Part shown: in pieces, positions 1 through 8,281 of the stretch
Layout of the letters: every line of letters starts with the position of its first letter
Position numbering within the stretch: the first letter of the stretch is position 1
NCBI GenBank assembly: GCA_022709865.1
Contig: JAKLIA010000001.1
Coordinates: 1 to 35,592 of the forward strand
Reading direction: 5' to 3'
From: Patescibacteria group bacterium
Lineage (GTDB): Bacteria; Patescibacteriota; Minisyncoccia; Portnoybacterales; GWB1-42-6
DNA length: 35,592 nucleotides
The notes under the pieces: model-generated
Told to the model about the DNA's origin: nothing
Databases searched by the model: none
The model's input: the letters and a program-made list of their open reading frames with translations, nothing else
Program-made: the position numbers and the translations under genes

Positions 1-903
1 CACGGCGCGCTAGCTGAACGGGTCTTGATGCAAATCATTCCAACAGAAAAAGATTTTCCTTATACTATTCGCGTCGTATCGGAAATCTTATCTTCCAACG
101 GTTCCTCTTCCATGGCTTCCGTTTGCGGCTCTTCTATGGCTTTAATGGATGCGGGCGTACCGCTTAAGGCGCCGGCCGCTGGCATTGCGATGGGCTTAAT
201 GATGAACGATAAAGGCGAATATAAAGTCTTAACCGATATCCAGGGGCCAGAAGACCATCATGGCGATATGGATTGCAAAGTGGCTGGCACCGCCAATGGC
301 GTTTGCGGACTGCAAATGGATGTTAAAATCGAGGGCGTTGATCTTAATGTTTTGCGCGATACTTTAGCCCAAGCCAAGCAAGCCCGGCTTCACATTCTTG
401 AGTGCATGAACGGTGCTATTAAATCCCATAAACCTGAACTTTCTCCTTTTGCGCCAAGAATCCTGTCTATCCAAATAAATCCGGATAAGATCCGCGATGT
501 TATTGGGCCGGGCGGAAAAGTTATCAATGAGATCACTGCCCAAACCGGCGCCAAGATCGATATCGACGATTCCGGCTTGATCTTTGTCACTTCCAGCGAT
601 GCGGCTGGCGGTCAACAAGCCTTGGAATGGATAAAAAACCTTACCCACGAGGTGACTACCGGAGAAACTTACCAAGGAAAAGTTACGCGCATAATTAATT
701 TTGGCGCGTTCGTGGAAATCCTGCCCGGGCAGGAAGGGCTTGTTCATATTTCCGAACTTGCCCCCTTTCGCGTCGAAAGAGTTGATGATATAGTAAAAGT
801 AGGGGATACAGTCACGGTCAAAGTAAAAAACATCGACGATATGGGACGCATTAATCTGACTATGCGCAACTCGCAAAAGAATAATTTCTCAGAAAATCTC
901 TAG
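1..903 (+). CDS. pnp: Polyribonucleotide nucleotidyltransferase (PNPase), C-terminal part; 5' end lies outside the window
   Basis: Frame 1 is open from nt 1 (HGALAERVL precedes the first Met of the 25..903 ORF). The translation shows the end of the second RNase PH core (DIQGPEDHHGDMDCKVAGT), a KH domain (IGPGGKVINEITAQTGAKIDID) and an S1 domain (YQGKVTRIINFGAFVEILPGQEGLVHISEL). Stop TAG at 901..903. Confidence 0.9.
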   Translation, partial: HGALAERVLMQIIPTEKDFPYTIRVVSEILSSNGSSSMASVCGSSMALMDAGVPLKAPAAGIAMGLMMNDKGEYKVLTDIQGPEDHHGDMDCKVAGTANGVCGLQMDVKIEGVDLNVLRDTLAQAKQARLHILECMNGAIKSHKPELSPFAPRILSIQINPDKIRDVIGPGGKVINEITAQTGAKIDIDDSGLIFVTSSDAAGGQQALEWIKNLTHEVTTGETYQGKVTRIINFGAFVEILPGQEGLVHISELAPFRVERVDDIVKVGDTVTVKVKNIDDMGRINLTMRNSQKNNFSENL

Positions 904-996
904 AATCGCGCTTTTCCGCAATTTTTCCCTAAAAGATCATTATCATCGGCCAAAGATCGCTTTTGCTGATTTCGGCCGCTTATCCTTATAGGGATT

Positions 997-2925
997 ATGG
1001 ATATAATAAAACAAACCAAGCCCAGCCTTTCTCAAGAAGCCAGCTTAGCGCTAGGTTCCAAAAGCGACTCTGGTAATTCGTCATCTCCTATGGCGCAATT
1101 TACCATCCGCACAATGGAGGGAGACCTAAAGAATGCATCTTTGCAACCAACTCCGGCTGCCAGTGTTAAAGCTGCCACGCCTGTGCCGCCAACTAGCTAT
1201 CTAAAAACAGTCGCCCCAACTCCAACCGCGCCCATTGCGCCGCGCCAAGACCAGATCAAGCCCGTTCAAAAAACCGCGCCTTTTGTTGCTTCACCTACAG
1301 CTTCTTTGCCTAAGGCACCTGAAGCCGTAAAAAATATCGTGCCGCCTCTAGTAAAAAAAGAATCCGCGGCCATAACCGAAGAGCAAAACAAAAAGGCGGC
1401 TATTTTAGCCCAAAAAGAAAAAGATAAAGCAGCAGCTCTAGTGGCCAAAGAAGCGGCCCGCGCCGTCAAAGAAAAAGAGAAAGCCGCAGCCCTGGCAGCC
1501 AAAGAAAAACTAAAACAAGAAGAAGAGGCGCAAGAAAAAGAATTGCGAGATCTTTTTGAATTGGCGAAATCAAAAATAATTACTAAAGACTTTAAAGCTG
1601 CTTCTTTGGCCGCCCAAAAAGTAGCCGATAACCCCCAGGCTGGCTGGCTAATTAAATGGCAAGCTAAAAGAATTATCAATAAAGCTCAAAAAGAGGCTGC
1701 AAAAGAAATACCGTTGCCTGCTCCGGCTCCAATAAAAAACATTGTGCCTATTCCACCAAAAGCAACAATAGCTCCAGCCGCGCCCGCTGTCAGCCCAGTC
1801 TCACCTAAAATCGAACCTGTTAAGCCGCCCTTTACGCCTAGCATCCCGGCAAATCTGCCCGTTGTCGACGAAACACCAATCGCCAAAAAAGAAGAAGCAT
1901 TGAATGATTTGCTATTTTCTAAGGAACCTTCCCTAGAAAAAATCCAGACTCCTCCGGCCCCAGCCGCCATTTTGCCAAAAGTTTTCCAACCTAGCGCTCC
2001 GGCACCAGTAACTCCAGCACCAAAACCCTTTAAAATGGCGACTAATATTATTCCCGGCTTAAATGAATTGCCAACCAATGAACCGGCTGAGGTTTTAGAT
2101 GTCAAAAAAATCGTTCTAGTGGTTTTTGCTTCAGTTGTTGTTATGACTTTAATTATCGGCGGCTTATACTTTTTCCTAAGAGAATCCCAAACAGTAGTTC
2201 AAGTTTCTCAATCTCCTTCGCCCACGCCAAGCCAAGCCACTCAAACACCAAGCCCCGCCCCATCACCTCTTTTTGTTGCTGACTCACAAAAAATATTTGA
2301 ATTAAAAACCGGCCAAGAAAAAGCCAATTTTCAAGAAGCGCTGGCGCAAATAGCCCAGACAGAAGAGCCCGCCCAAAGCCTTGCTTATATTTCTTTTAAG
2401 AATAGCGAGGGAGCTTATCTTTCTTTAACCGATATCGCTACTTTAGCCGAGATAGACTTTTTCGACCTGCCAACTCAAGTCGCCACCGGCCCGCTGCGGA
2501 CGCAGCTAGAAACAGATTCTTTCTCTTTCTTTAATTTTAGCCAACCTTCCGCCAGCTCCTCGCCCTTCACCATGCAAGCAAACTCCGGCCGTTTGGGATT
2601 GGTTATTTCTATCAATAATTCGACTACCACTTCGCTTGAAGATCTAACAAAAAGCTTGAAGGACTTGGAACAGTTAATGATCCCTAGCTTAAAGATCTTA
2701 TTGCCGGACGATATAAAAAATAGCTTGCCAGCCAACCCCGTCTGGTTAAATAACACTTACCGCAACATAGCTATACGCTATGTTAATCTGCCGGAAGCCA
2801 GCCTTTCTTTTGATTATGCTATCTTAAACAACAAGCTTATCTTTGCCACGTCCAAAGACAGCATGCTGGCCATGATCGACCGCCTTTTGTCGGAGATAAC
2901 CACTATTAATAATGACCAGCCATAA
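997..2925 (+). CDS. Pro/Ala/Lys-rich single-pass membrane protein, function unknown
   Basis: 642-aa ORF. The N-terminal ~370 aa are low complexity (AP/PxP runs, KEKAAALAAKEK-type charged repeats, duplicated KNIVP motif). One hydrophobic helix (IVLVVFASVVVMTLIIGGLYFFL) is followed by a Ser/Pro linker and a ~230-aa C-terminal globular part. No catalytic motif recognised. Confidence 0.6.
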   Translation: MDIIKQTKPSLSQEASLALGSKSDSGNSSSPMAQFTIRTMEGDLKNASLQPTPAASVKAATPVPPTSYLKTVAPTPTAPIAPRQDQIKPVQKTAPFVASPTASLPKAPEAVKNIVPPLVKKESAAITEEQNKKAAILAQKEKDKAAALVAKEAARAVKEKEKAAALAAKEKLKQEEEAQEKELRDLFELAKSKIITKDFKAASLAAQKVADNPQAGWLIKWQAKRIINKAQKEAAKEIPLPAPAPIKNIVPIPPKATIAPAAPAVSPVSPKIEPVKPPFTPSIPANLPVVDETPIAKKEEALNDLLFSKEPSLEKIQTPPAPAAILPKVFQPSAPAPVTPAPKPFKMATNIIPGLNELPTNEPAEVLDVKKIVLVVFASVVVMTLIIGGLYFFLRESQTVVQVSQSPSPTPSQATQTPSPAPSPLFVADSQKIFELKTGQEKANFQEALAQIAQTEEPAQSLAYISFKNSEGAYLSLTDIATLAEIDFFDLPTQVATGPLRTQLETDSFSFFNFSQPSASSSPFTMQANSGRLGLVISINNSTTTSLEDLTKSLKDLEQLMIPSLKILLPDDIKNSLPANPVWLNNTYRNIAIRYVNLPEASLSFDYAILNNKLIFATSKDSMLAMIDRLLSEITTINNDQP

Positions 2926-3856
2926 CCAAGCCTTAATTGCTCCGCTAATTTATTACGACTTGCTGGAGCGCCCGCTTACGGCGCTTGAAATCTTCAAATA
3001 TCTCCGGGCGGGCGACCCGGAGATTTCGTTTTTTAGCGTTTGGCAAGAACTAAAAAGATCCAACTTAGCCCAACAAAAAAATGGCTTGTATTTTTTGCCC
3101 GGTCAAGACCAGCTTATTGCCGTCCGTCAAAAAAGAATGAAGCTGGCGCAAATGAAATGGAAAAAATTAAAAAGATCAGGGAAATACTTAGCCTTAGTGC
3201 CTTGGCTGAGACTCGCGGCCGTGACCGGATCTTTAACCGCCCACAATACCAAAGAATCCAGCGATTTTGACCTACTCATTGTTCTTAAAAAAAATCGCCT
3301 CTGGTTAGGCAGGCTTCTGCTAACCGGCCTGGTGGGATTGCTTAAAAAAAGGCGCCACGGCCAACTAACCCAAGACCGCCTCTGTTTAAATTGTTATTTA
3401 ACAGAAAATAATTTAGAGATTACCGCGCAAGCCAAATCCCGAGACTGGCATTCAGCCCAAGAATACGGCCGGCTCACCCCGATCCTGGAAATCCAAAAAG
3501 GGAGTTACGCCAAGTTTGTCGGCGCCAACAATTGGCTTAGCAGTTTTTTAAAAAATTACCCCTGGCCAAACAGCCGAAATGCTAAAAAAATTAAAGCGCC
3601 GTTATTTTTTTCCTGGCTGCGCCAAACAGCAGAAGCTCTTATGGGCGGCCGAATAGGGGACACCTTGGAAAAGATCGCCGGCCAATGGCAAAAAAAACGC
3701 ATCAATAAAAAAAGGCTGTTAGAACAAAGCGGCGCCCAAGACCAAGTTTTTGTCAGCGACTATTGCTTAATGTTTCACCCGCAATCAAAAAGTGATAGAC
3801 TAATGAAAGAGTTTAATTTAAAAATGGCTCAATATTATGCAACCGACTCAAATTAA
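2912..3856 (+). CDS. Nucleotidyltransferase-fold protein (Pol-beta-like NTase signature), function unknown
   Basis: 314-aa ORF overlapping the upstream gene by 14 nt. It contains the hG[GS]-x10-DxD signature (AVTGSLTAHNTKESSDFDLLIV) of the minimal NTase fold. The N-terminal ~60 aa look like a small helical or winged-helix module (LIYYDLLERPLTALEIFKYL). Confidence 0.5.
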   Translation: MTSHNQALIAPLIYYDLLERPLTALEIFKYLRAGDPEISFFSVWQELKRSNLAQQKNGLYFLPGQDQLIAVRQKRMKLAQMKWKKLKRSGKYLALVPWLRLAAVTGSLTAHNTKESSDFDLLIVLKKNRLWLGRLLLTGLVGLLKKRRHGQLTQDRLCLNCYLTENNLEITAQAKSRDWHSAQEYGRLTPILEIQKGSYAKFVGANNWLSSFLKNYPWPNSRNAKKIKAPLFFSWLRQTAEALMGGRIGDTLEKIAGQWQKKRINKKRLLEQSGAQDQVFVSDYCLMFHPQSKSDRLMKEFNLKMAQYYATDSN

Positions 3857-4535
3857 AATAAATAAAAACGCCAATAACCAGCCAGAGCCGGCTAAACCCC
3901 TAAAAAACATTTTAAATCTAAACGGCTTATTAAATCGGCCGTCTACCGACAATCGCTGGAAAAAATATCTTTGGCTGTTATTAGTTATGGTCGTAGTAGA
4001 GGGAGGCGCTATTGCTTGGCTTTATTTTCTAAAACCCGTCTCGCCTTATTTTAAGCTTCTGCCTCAAGACACTGCCGTTTCTTCGTATTTTAACCAAACT
4101 TCGCTTTTAGCCTTGATAAAGTCCCAAAAATCCCTTCAACCAGATTGGCCGCCGCTAGCCTGGAGCGCCAACGCGCTGAAAGATTTTTTCTCTTTAGCTA
4201 AAATTGAGCAGCCAGAACAACTATTAACCGCCTTTTCAGACCAAATGGCGCTGGCTATTTTGCCTCAAAACCCCGATACTCCAGCCACTTGGCTTATTTT
4301 ATCTTCAATTAAAGCTCCTTCTGATATCTTTTCCCAAACCAGAGACAAAACCGAAGAAGGATTAAAACAAAACTTCAATCTAATAAACGAGTCTTATCGC
4401 CAGATCAAGATATCTCAGGTTCAGTCTCTAAATAAAGACAAACAAAGCCTTTTTTATGCCGCGGCTAACGGCTATTTTATCCTTACTAATGACCTTTCTC
4501 TAGCCAAGTCGACAATTGATAGGATAATTAAATAA
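3837..4535 (+). CDS. Membrane-anchored hypothetical protein
   Basis: 232-aa ORF overlapping the upstream gene by 20 nt. One N-terminal TM helix (YLWLLLVMVVVEGGAIAWLYFL). The C-terminal ending (FYAAANGYFILTNDLSLAKSTIDRII) resembles the ending of the 997..2925 product (YAILNNKLIFATSKDSMLAMIDRLL). Confidence 0.5.
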   Translation: MQPTQIKINKNANNQPEPAKPLKNILNLNGLLNRPSTDNRWKKYLWLLLVMVVVEGGAIAWLYFLKPVSPYFKLLPQDTAVSSYFNQTSLLALIKSQKSLQPDWPPLAWSANALKDFFSLAKIEQPEQLLTAFSDQMALAILPQNPDTPATWLILSSIKAPSDIFSQTRDKTEEGLKQNFNLINESYRQIKISQVQSLNKDKQSLFYAAANGYFILTNDLSLAKSTIDRIIK

Positions 4536-4572
4536 AACTTAAAGGCCGAGCTGATAAATCAGCCCTGGAGAG

Positions 4573-4592
4573 TGTGGACAAAGTGTGGAAAA
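4573..4592. promoter_or_regulatory. Two tandem DnaA-box-like 9-mers (TGTGGACAA, TGTGGAAAA), 11-nt period
   Basis: Each 9-mer (4573..4581 and 4584..4592) differs at one position from TGTGGATAA, the reverse complement of the TTATCCACA consensus. They form the direct repeat AGTGTGGA-N3-AGTGTGGA and end 8 nt upstream of a -35 hexamer. Confidence 0.3.
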
Positions 4593-4599
4593 GGCGCGC

Positions 4600-4629
4600 T
4601 TGACGGGTTTTCGCTTAACCTGTTAAAAT
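4600..4629 (+). promoter_or_regulatory. Sigma-70-type promoter (TTGACG-N18-TAAAAT with TGn extended -10)
   Basis: TTGACG at 4600..4605 and TAAAAT at 4624..4629, preceded by TGT at 4621..4623 (TGnTAAAAT). It lies in a 450-nt non-coding gap. Confidence 0.45.
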
Positions 4630-4635
4630 AATGAC

Positions 4636-4914
4636 AGCTCCTTGAAACTGGCTAAATATTTATCAAATTGATCAGTTCTTTTTTTAGCCTATTAAAAAGG
4701 CATGGCTGGTCAAGGAGAGCTTTGTTTCCTTTTTGTGTCGCGTATAGTTTGCGGGCCGTATAAAAAAAAGGCCTTAGGACTTTCTTAATAGACGAGGTAC
4801 AAAGAGGCTGAGGGGCGTTAGCCCCATTAAATTATATTTTTTCGGGCTATTAACGCCCCTCAAACAGTTTACCCCTCAGCCAAGACACCCATCACCGTTA
4901 AGCGGTGTTTTTTT
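4636..4914 (+). ncRNA. Candidate ~280-nt structured RNA (independent sRNA or cis leader), family not recognised
   Basis: Bounded by the promoter at 4600..4629 and a hairpin plus T7 at 4893..4914. Long imperfect hairpin 4637..4720 (AGCTCCTTGA / TCAAGGAGAGCT, inner GGCTAAA / TTTAGCC). Mutually exclusive helices: GAGGGGCGTTA (4810..4820) pairs with TAACGCCCCTC (4851..4861), or GGCTGAGGGG (4806..4815) pairs with CCCCTCAGCC (4872..4881). No convincing ORF. Confidence 0.35.
4893..4914 (+). terminator. Weak intrinsic terminator (CACCG-TTAA-GCGGTG plus T7)
   Basis: A 5-6 bp stem followed by seven T (4908..4914). The stem is short, so efficiency is uncertain. Confidence 0.4.
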
Positions 4915-4943
4915 ATTTCCGCCTCAAATATTTGGCTCTGCTC

Positions 4944-4973
4944 TTGCCTTATCTTAACTTCTTAACCTATACT
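4944..4973 (+). promoter_or_regulatory. Possible promoter of the DksA-like gene (TTGCCT-N18-TATACT)
   Basis: The -10 ends 12 nt before the ATG at 4986 and there is no Shine-Dalgarno sequence in between, which implies a very short leader or none. Confidence 0.3.
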
Positions 4974-4985
4974 ATAAATAACGAT

Positions 4986-5351
4986 ATGGATAAAAACTCT
5001 TTATCACAACTGAAAAAGAAGCTGGAAGACAGACGGTTAAAGCTGCAAGACGAGCTGGCTTCTTTTAGCAAAAAGGACGAACAGGTAAAAGGGGATTATG
5101 ATACCAATTTCCCTGATTTTGGTACGACTCAAAGCGTTGACGAAGAAGCACTGGAAGTAGCTGCCTACGACAGCGCTCTGCCCGTTGAGTATGCGCTGGA
5201 GCTGCGCTTGGCCAATATCAATAAAGCTTTGGACAAGATAAAAAATGGCTCCTACGGCCAATGTGAAAAATGCTCCGAAAAAATAGATATTAAGAGGCTA
5301 GAAGCAATGCCCGAAGCGACACTCTGCTTAAAGTGCCAACAAAATAACTAA
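4986..5351 (+). CDS. DksA/TraR-family C4 zinc-finger protein
   Basis: Start chosen at the internal ATG (MDKNSLSQLKKKLEDRR...). The ORF-track start at 4905 would run through the terminator T-run. Coiled-coil N-terminus and a C-terminal CxxC-x17-CxxC motif (CEKCSEKIDIKRLEAMPEATLCLKCQ) are typical of DksA/TraR. Confidence 0.8.
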   Translation: MDKNSLSQLKKKLEDRRLKLQDELASFSKKDEQVKGDYDTNFPDFGTTQSVDEEALEVAAYDSALPVEYALELRLANINKALDKIKNGSYGQCEKCSEKIDIKRLEAMPEATLCLKCQQNN

Positions 5352-5364
5352 CCAGCTTATCATT

Positions 5365-5388
5365 AAAAGCACCTTCGGGTGCTTTTTT
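5365..5388 (+). terminator. Intrinsic terminator (AAAA-GCACC-TTCG-GGTGC-TTTTTT)
   Basis: GC-rich 5-bp stem extended by A/T pairs, a UUCG tetraloop and a T6 tail, 14 nt after the DksA-like stop. Confidence 0.75.
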
Positions 5389-5399
5389 ATTAAGATATT

Positions 5400-6941
5400 A
5401 TGCCTTCTCCTGCCAAAGTTTTCTCGGCTGCGGTTTTAGGCCTCTCTTGCCAGCCGATAGAGGTTGAAGTTGATATGTCTCCCGGGCTCCACACCTTTCA
5501 AATCGTTGGACTGCCCGATACCGCGGTTAACGAATCCAAGGAACGGGTTTCTTCCGCCATTAAAAACTCTGGGGCTTCGCCTCCGCACCACACTAACCGC
5601 CGAGTTATCGTTAACCTGGCTCCGGCCGATATTAAAAAAGAAGGGCCAAGCTACGATCTGCCCGTCGCCGTGGCTTTTTTATTAGCCTCAGAACAGCTTT
5701 TAGCCAGCGAGATCTCAAATAAAATATTTGTCGGCGAATTGTCGCTGGAAGGCAAACTTCGGCCAATCAGCGGCGCCCTGCCGATTGCCTTGATGGCGCG
5801 CGAAAGGGGATTTGGCGAGTTATTCGTGCCTCGCGCCAATGCGGCTGAAGCCGCCCTAATAAAAGAAATTAAAGTTTTCGGCCTAGACTCGCTGGAACAA
5901 TTATTTTTGCATTTGGAACAAAAAGAAGTTTTAGCACCCCAGCCGCCAACTGAGCTTAATTTCGATTTTGATGCTTTGGAAAGCGGCGCAGATATGGCCT
6001 ATATCCGCGGGCAAGAACAGGCCAAGCGGGCCTTGGAAATTGCCGCGGCCGGGCACCACAATATTTTAATGTCCGGCCCGCCCGGCACCGGTAAAACTTT
6101 GTTGGCGCGCACCCTGCCCACCATCTTGCCGCCCCTATCTTTTGCCGAAGCGCTGGAAACAACTAAGATCTTCAGTATCGCTGGCCGGCTTAATCAAGAG
6201 AAGCCCGTTCTGACACAGCGACCCTTCCGCAGCCCGCATCATACCGCTTCAGCCGTAGCGCTGGTTGGCGGCGGCAACCATCCTAGGCCCGGAGAAATCA
6301 CGCTGGCGCACCGGGGCGTGCTGTTTTTAGATGAACTGCCGGAGTTTCATCGGGATGTCCTGGAGGCCTTGCGCCAGCCCTTGGAAGATGGGATCATCAC
6401 AGTTTCCCGCGCTTCAGGGGCCCTGGAGTTCCCAGCCCAATTTATGCTAGTCGCCGCTATGAATCCTTGCCCTTGCGGCCACGCCACCAACCCCGACAAG
6501 CAATGCATCTGCTCTCCGGCTCAGGTCAGCAAATACAAACGCCGCATTTCCGGACCCTTGCTGGACCGCATTGACCTGCATATTGATGTGCCGGCTATTA
6601 AATATGAGAAGCTGGCTTCAGAAAAAGTAGGAGAAGATTCTCGCACTGTGAGAGCCCGCGTGCAAAATGCCCGCCAAAAACAGCAAGACAGGTTTAAAGA
6701 TGATAAAATCCAAACTAATTCAGAAATGAACCTGCAACAAATGAAAGCTTACTGCCAATTAGATAATGCAAGCCAGGAGATATTAAAAACTGCCGTACAA
6801 AATCTCAAATTATCCGCCCGAGCCTACCATCGAGTCCTAAAACTTGCCCGCACTATTGCCGACTTAGCCCTGGAAACCAATATCCAGCCGCAGCATTTAG
6901 CCGAAGCCCTGCAATACCGGCCCAGAGAAGATAGCTTTTAA
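5400..6941 (+). CDS. comM: YifB/ComM-family Mg-chelatase-like AAA+ ATPase
   Basis: 513 aa. N-terminal Lon-protease-like domain (VEVDMSPGLHTFQIVGLPDTAVNESKERV), Walker A (MSGPPGTGKTLLAR), Walker B (GVLFLDELPEF), Cys cluster (NPCPCGH...CICS) and ComM-type C-terminus (SARAYHRVLKLARTIADL). Confidence 0.9.
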   Translation: MPSPAKVFSAAVLGLSCQPIEVEVDMSPGLHTFQIVGLPDTAVNESKERVSSAIKNSGASPPHHTNRRVIVNLAPADIKKEGPSYDLPVAVAFLLASEQLLASEISNKIFVGELSLEGKLRPISGALPIALMARERGFGELFVPRANAAEAALIKEIKVFGLDSLEQLFLHLEQKEVLAPQPPTELNFDFDALESGADMAYIRGQEQAKRALEIAAAGHHNILMSGPPGTGKTLLARTLPTILPPLSFAEALETTKIFSIAGRLNQEKPVLTQRPFRSPHHTASAVALVGGGNHPRPGEITLAHRGVLFLDELPEFHRDVLEALRQPLEDGIITVSRASGALEFPAQFMLVAAMNPCPCGHATNPDKQCICSPAQVSKYKRRISGPLLDRIDLHIDVPAIKYEKLASEKVGEDSRTVRARVQNARQKQQDRFKDDKIQTNSEMNLQQMKAYCQLDNASQEILKTAVQNLKLSARAYHRVLKLARTIADLALETNIQPQHLAEALQYRPREDSF

Positions 6942-6946
6942 ATATT

Positions 6947-6988
6947 TAAAAGCCCCTTAATTTCGTAAAAACGAAACGGGGGCTTTTT
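6947..6988. terminator. Bidirectional intrinsic terminator between convergent comM and the M23 peptidase gene
   Basis: AGCCCC (6951..6956) pairs with GGGGCT (6979..6984), with an inner stem TTTCG / CGAAA. It is flanked by an A-run upstream and a T-run downstream, so it reads as a terminator on both strands. Confidence 0.65.
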
Positions 6989-7018
6989 ATTTTCTTATTC
7001 ACTTATTCACTTCTCCGT

Positions 7019-8179
7019 CTATTTAATAGTCTTGGCTCCCACCAGCGGGTTCTTGGCCCCTCGCACTTCAAAGTGCAAGTGGCATCCTGTCGAACGGCCG
7101 GTCGTTCCCATTAACATTATCAATTGGCCTTGGCCAACCTGCTGGCCCACTTCAGCTATCAGCCGAGAAGCATGGCCATAAACTGTCACCACGCCATTTG
7201 AATGCTTTATCATAATATACTTGCCATAACCAAAGTTCCATCCGATATCATCCGATAGTATAACTGTTCCCGCCGCGGCCGCATAAACCGGTGTTCCGCA
7301 GGCATTAGCCACGTCAACCGCATTATTGCCATGCAGCCGGCCCCAATCCTTACCTGTTGTCGGCGCTATCAGCCAGCTCCCGCTCAAAGATGTCCCGCTG
7401 GAATACTTTGGCGCTGTCACTTTAGGCGCAACATAAACAGTTGGCATTTCGCCATCCGGAATAATTATATAATTGCCAACCACTAATTTTGAATCCTCAT
7501 AAAGCCCATTAAAGGCCTTGATTTCGTCCTCCTTACCCTTATATTTTTTAGCTAAAGCGGCAATCGTGTCTTTAGCCGCGATCTTTACCCTGACGCCGTT
7601 AATCGGCAAAATGATCAAAGTTTGGCCCGGTTTAATATAATCGCCATCACGCAGGTTGTTGGCCGACAAAACCGTGTCCGTATTAATATTGAACTTAACC
7701 GCGATAGAAGAAGGAGTGTCTCCTTGCTGCACAACATAAGTTGTGGCTTCCTTTTGCATCCCAAAGAATGCGTTCCCGGACATTTCGGGAGATAGAAGCC
7801 CCGAACCTTCCATAATCGCCAAGTCTTGGTTTTCCAATTCATCGTCAGCTGAAAAGTCCACGCTCGCTTGAGCCGCTGGAATCGCTGCGGCTGAAAAGTC
7901 CAAAGCTCCGCCTAAAATACCCACATTTAAGTTAGCCGCCGTCTCTTCTATTAATTCTTCTCCGCCGCTTTGCCACCACTTATTGCCCACTGCTTCTTTT
8001 TTCTCTTTTATCGGCAGATCAAGATAATTCAAACCCCAGAAAGCAATAAAAATAACCGCAACAACAATCAGGCATCGCCTATGGCAAGCCATTGATTGAA
8101 GCGGTTTTTGAAGATTCCCTAAAATTACCTTTATTACCCGAAGCAAACGATGGTGTATTTTATCGGAATTATTATTCAT
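7019..8179 (-). CDS. LysM-domain M23 family peptidoglycan metalloendopeptidase
   Basis: N-terminal TM anchor, LysM (YVVQQGDTPSSIAVKFNINTDTVLSANNL...GQTLIILP) and a second LysM-like segment. M23 motifs are HGNNAVDV (HxxxD) and GRSTGCHLHFEV (HxH). Start placed at the ATG at 8179 (MNNNSDK); the ORF track extends to a TTG at 8209. Confidence 0.85.
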   Translation of the reverse strand: MNNNSDKIHHRLLRVIKVILGNLQKPLQSMACHRRCLIVVAVIFIAFWGLNYLDLPIKEKKEAVGNKWWQSGGEELIEETAANLNVGILGGALDFSAAAIPAAQASVDFSADDELENQDLAIMEGSGLLSPEMSGNAFFGMQKEATTYVVQQGDTPSSIAVKFNINTDTVLSANNLRDGDYIKPGQTLIILPINGVRVKIAAKDTIAALAKKYKGKEDEIKAFNGLYEDSKLVVGNYIIIPDGEMPTVYVAPKVTAPKYSSGTSLSGSWLIAPTTGKDWGRLHGNNAVDVANACGTPVYAAAAGTVILSDDIGWNFGYGKYIMIKHSNGVVTVYGHASRLIAEVGQQVGQGQLIMLMGTTGRSTGCHLHFEVRGAKNPLVGAKTIK

Positions 8180-8281
8180 TTTTCGCCTAAAGATAAGCCT
8201 TCTTACCAATTAAAAAACCCTCCCTTTAAGCACCTTCATGCTACTAAAAATCGGCTTTAGGGTCAATATTTTTATCTTTAT

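Noticed and set aside
1380-1560. KEKAAALAAKEK-type repeats in the 997..2925 gene, considered as a DNA tandem repeat or contingency locus.
   Set aside because: The units are degenerate at nucleotide level, with charged low-complexity or coiled-coil composition rather than exact tandem copies. There is no evidence of a variable-number repeat.
364-2756. Antisense or alternative-frame ORFs from the track. Examples: 364..876(-), 390..590(-), 1266..1679(-), 1686..2105(-), 2475..2756(-). Similar ones occur elsewhere: 3040..3270, 5464..5685, 8475..9055, 15826..16626(-), 17599..17973(-), 27493..27795(-), 30913..31260, 32723..33142, 33341..33782(-).
   Set aside because: Each lies entirely inside a longer ORF on the other strand or frame that has clear family motifs. 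Their translations are low-complexity or compositionally odd (Arg/Ser/Leu-rich shadows) with no motifs. They are treated as non-coding shadow ORFs.
4702-4788. 28-codon ORF (MAGQGELCFLFVSRIVCGPYKKKALGLS) inside the RNA candidate, considered as a small hydrophobic or type-I-toxin-like peptide.
   Set aside because: The only purine-rich stretch (AAAAAGG) sits 1 nt from the ATG, which is too close for an SD. The hydrophobic stretch is short and interrupted by Arg, and the start lies inside a predicted long helix. There is not enough support to call a CDS.
4536-4985. Tried to identify the intergenic RNA as SRP RNA, tmRNA, RNase P RNA or 6S RNA.
   Set aside because: None of the signatures is present on either strand: no GGUCCGGAAGGAAGCAGC-type SRP helix-8 core, no tRNA-like GGUUCGA...CCA 3' end or tag ORF, and no GAGGAAAGUCC P4 motif. 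The closest match is AAGAAAGTCC on the minus strand near 4775, without the rest of the RNase P core. A 6S-like fold cannot be judged by eye. The family is left unassigned.
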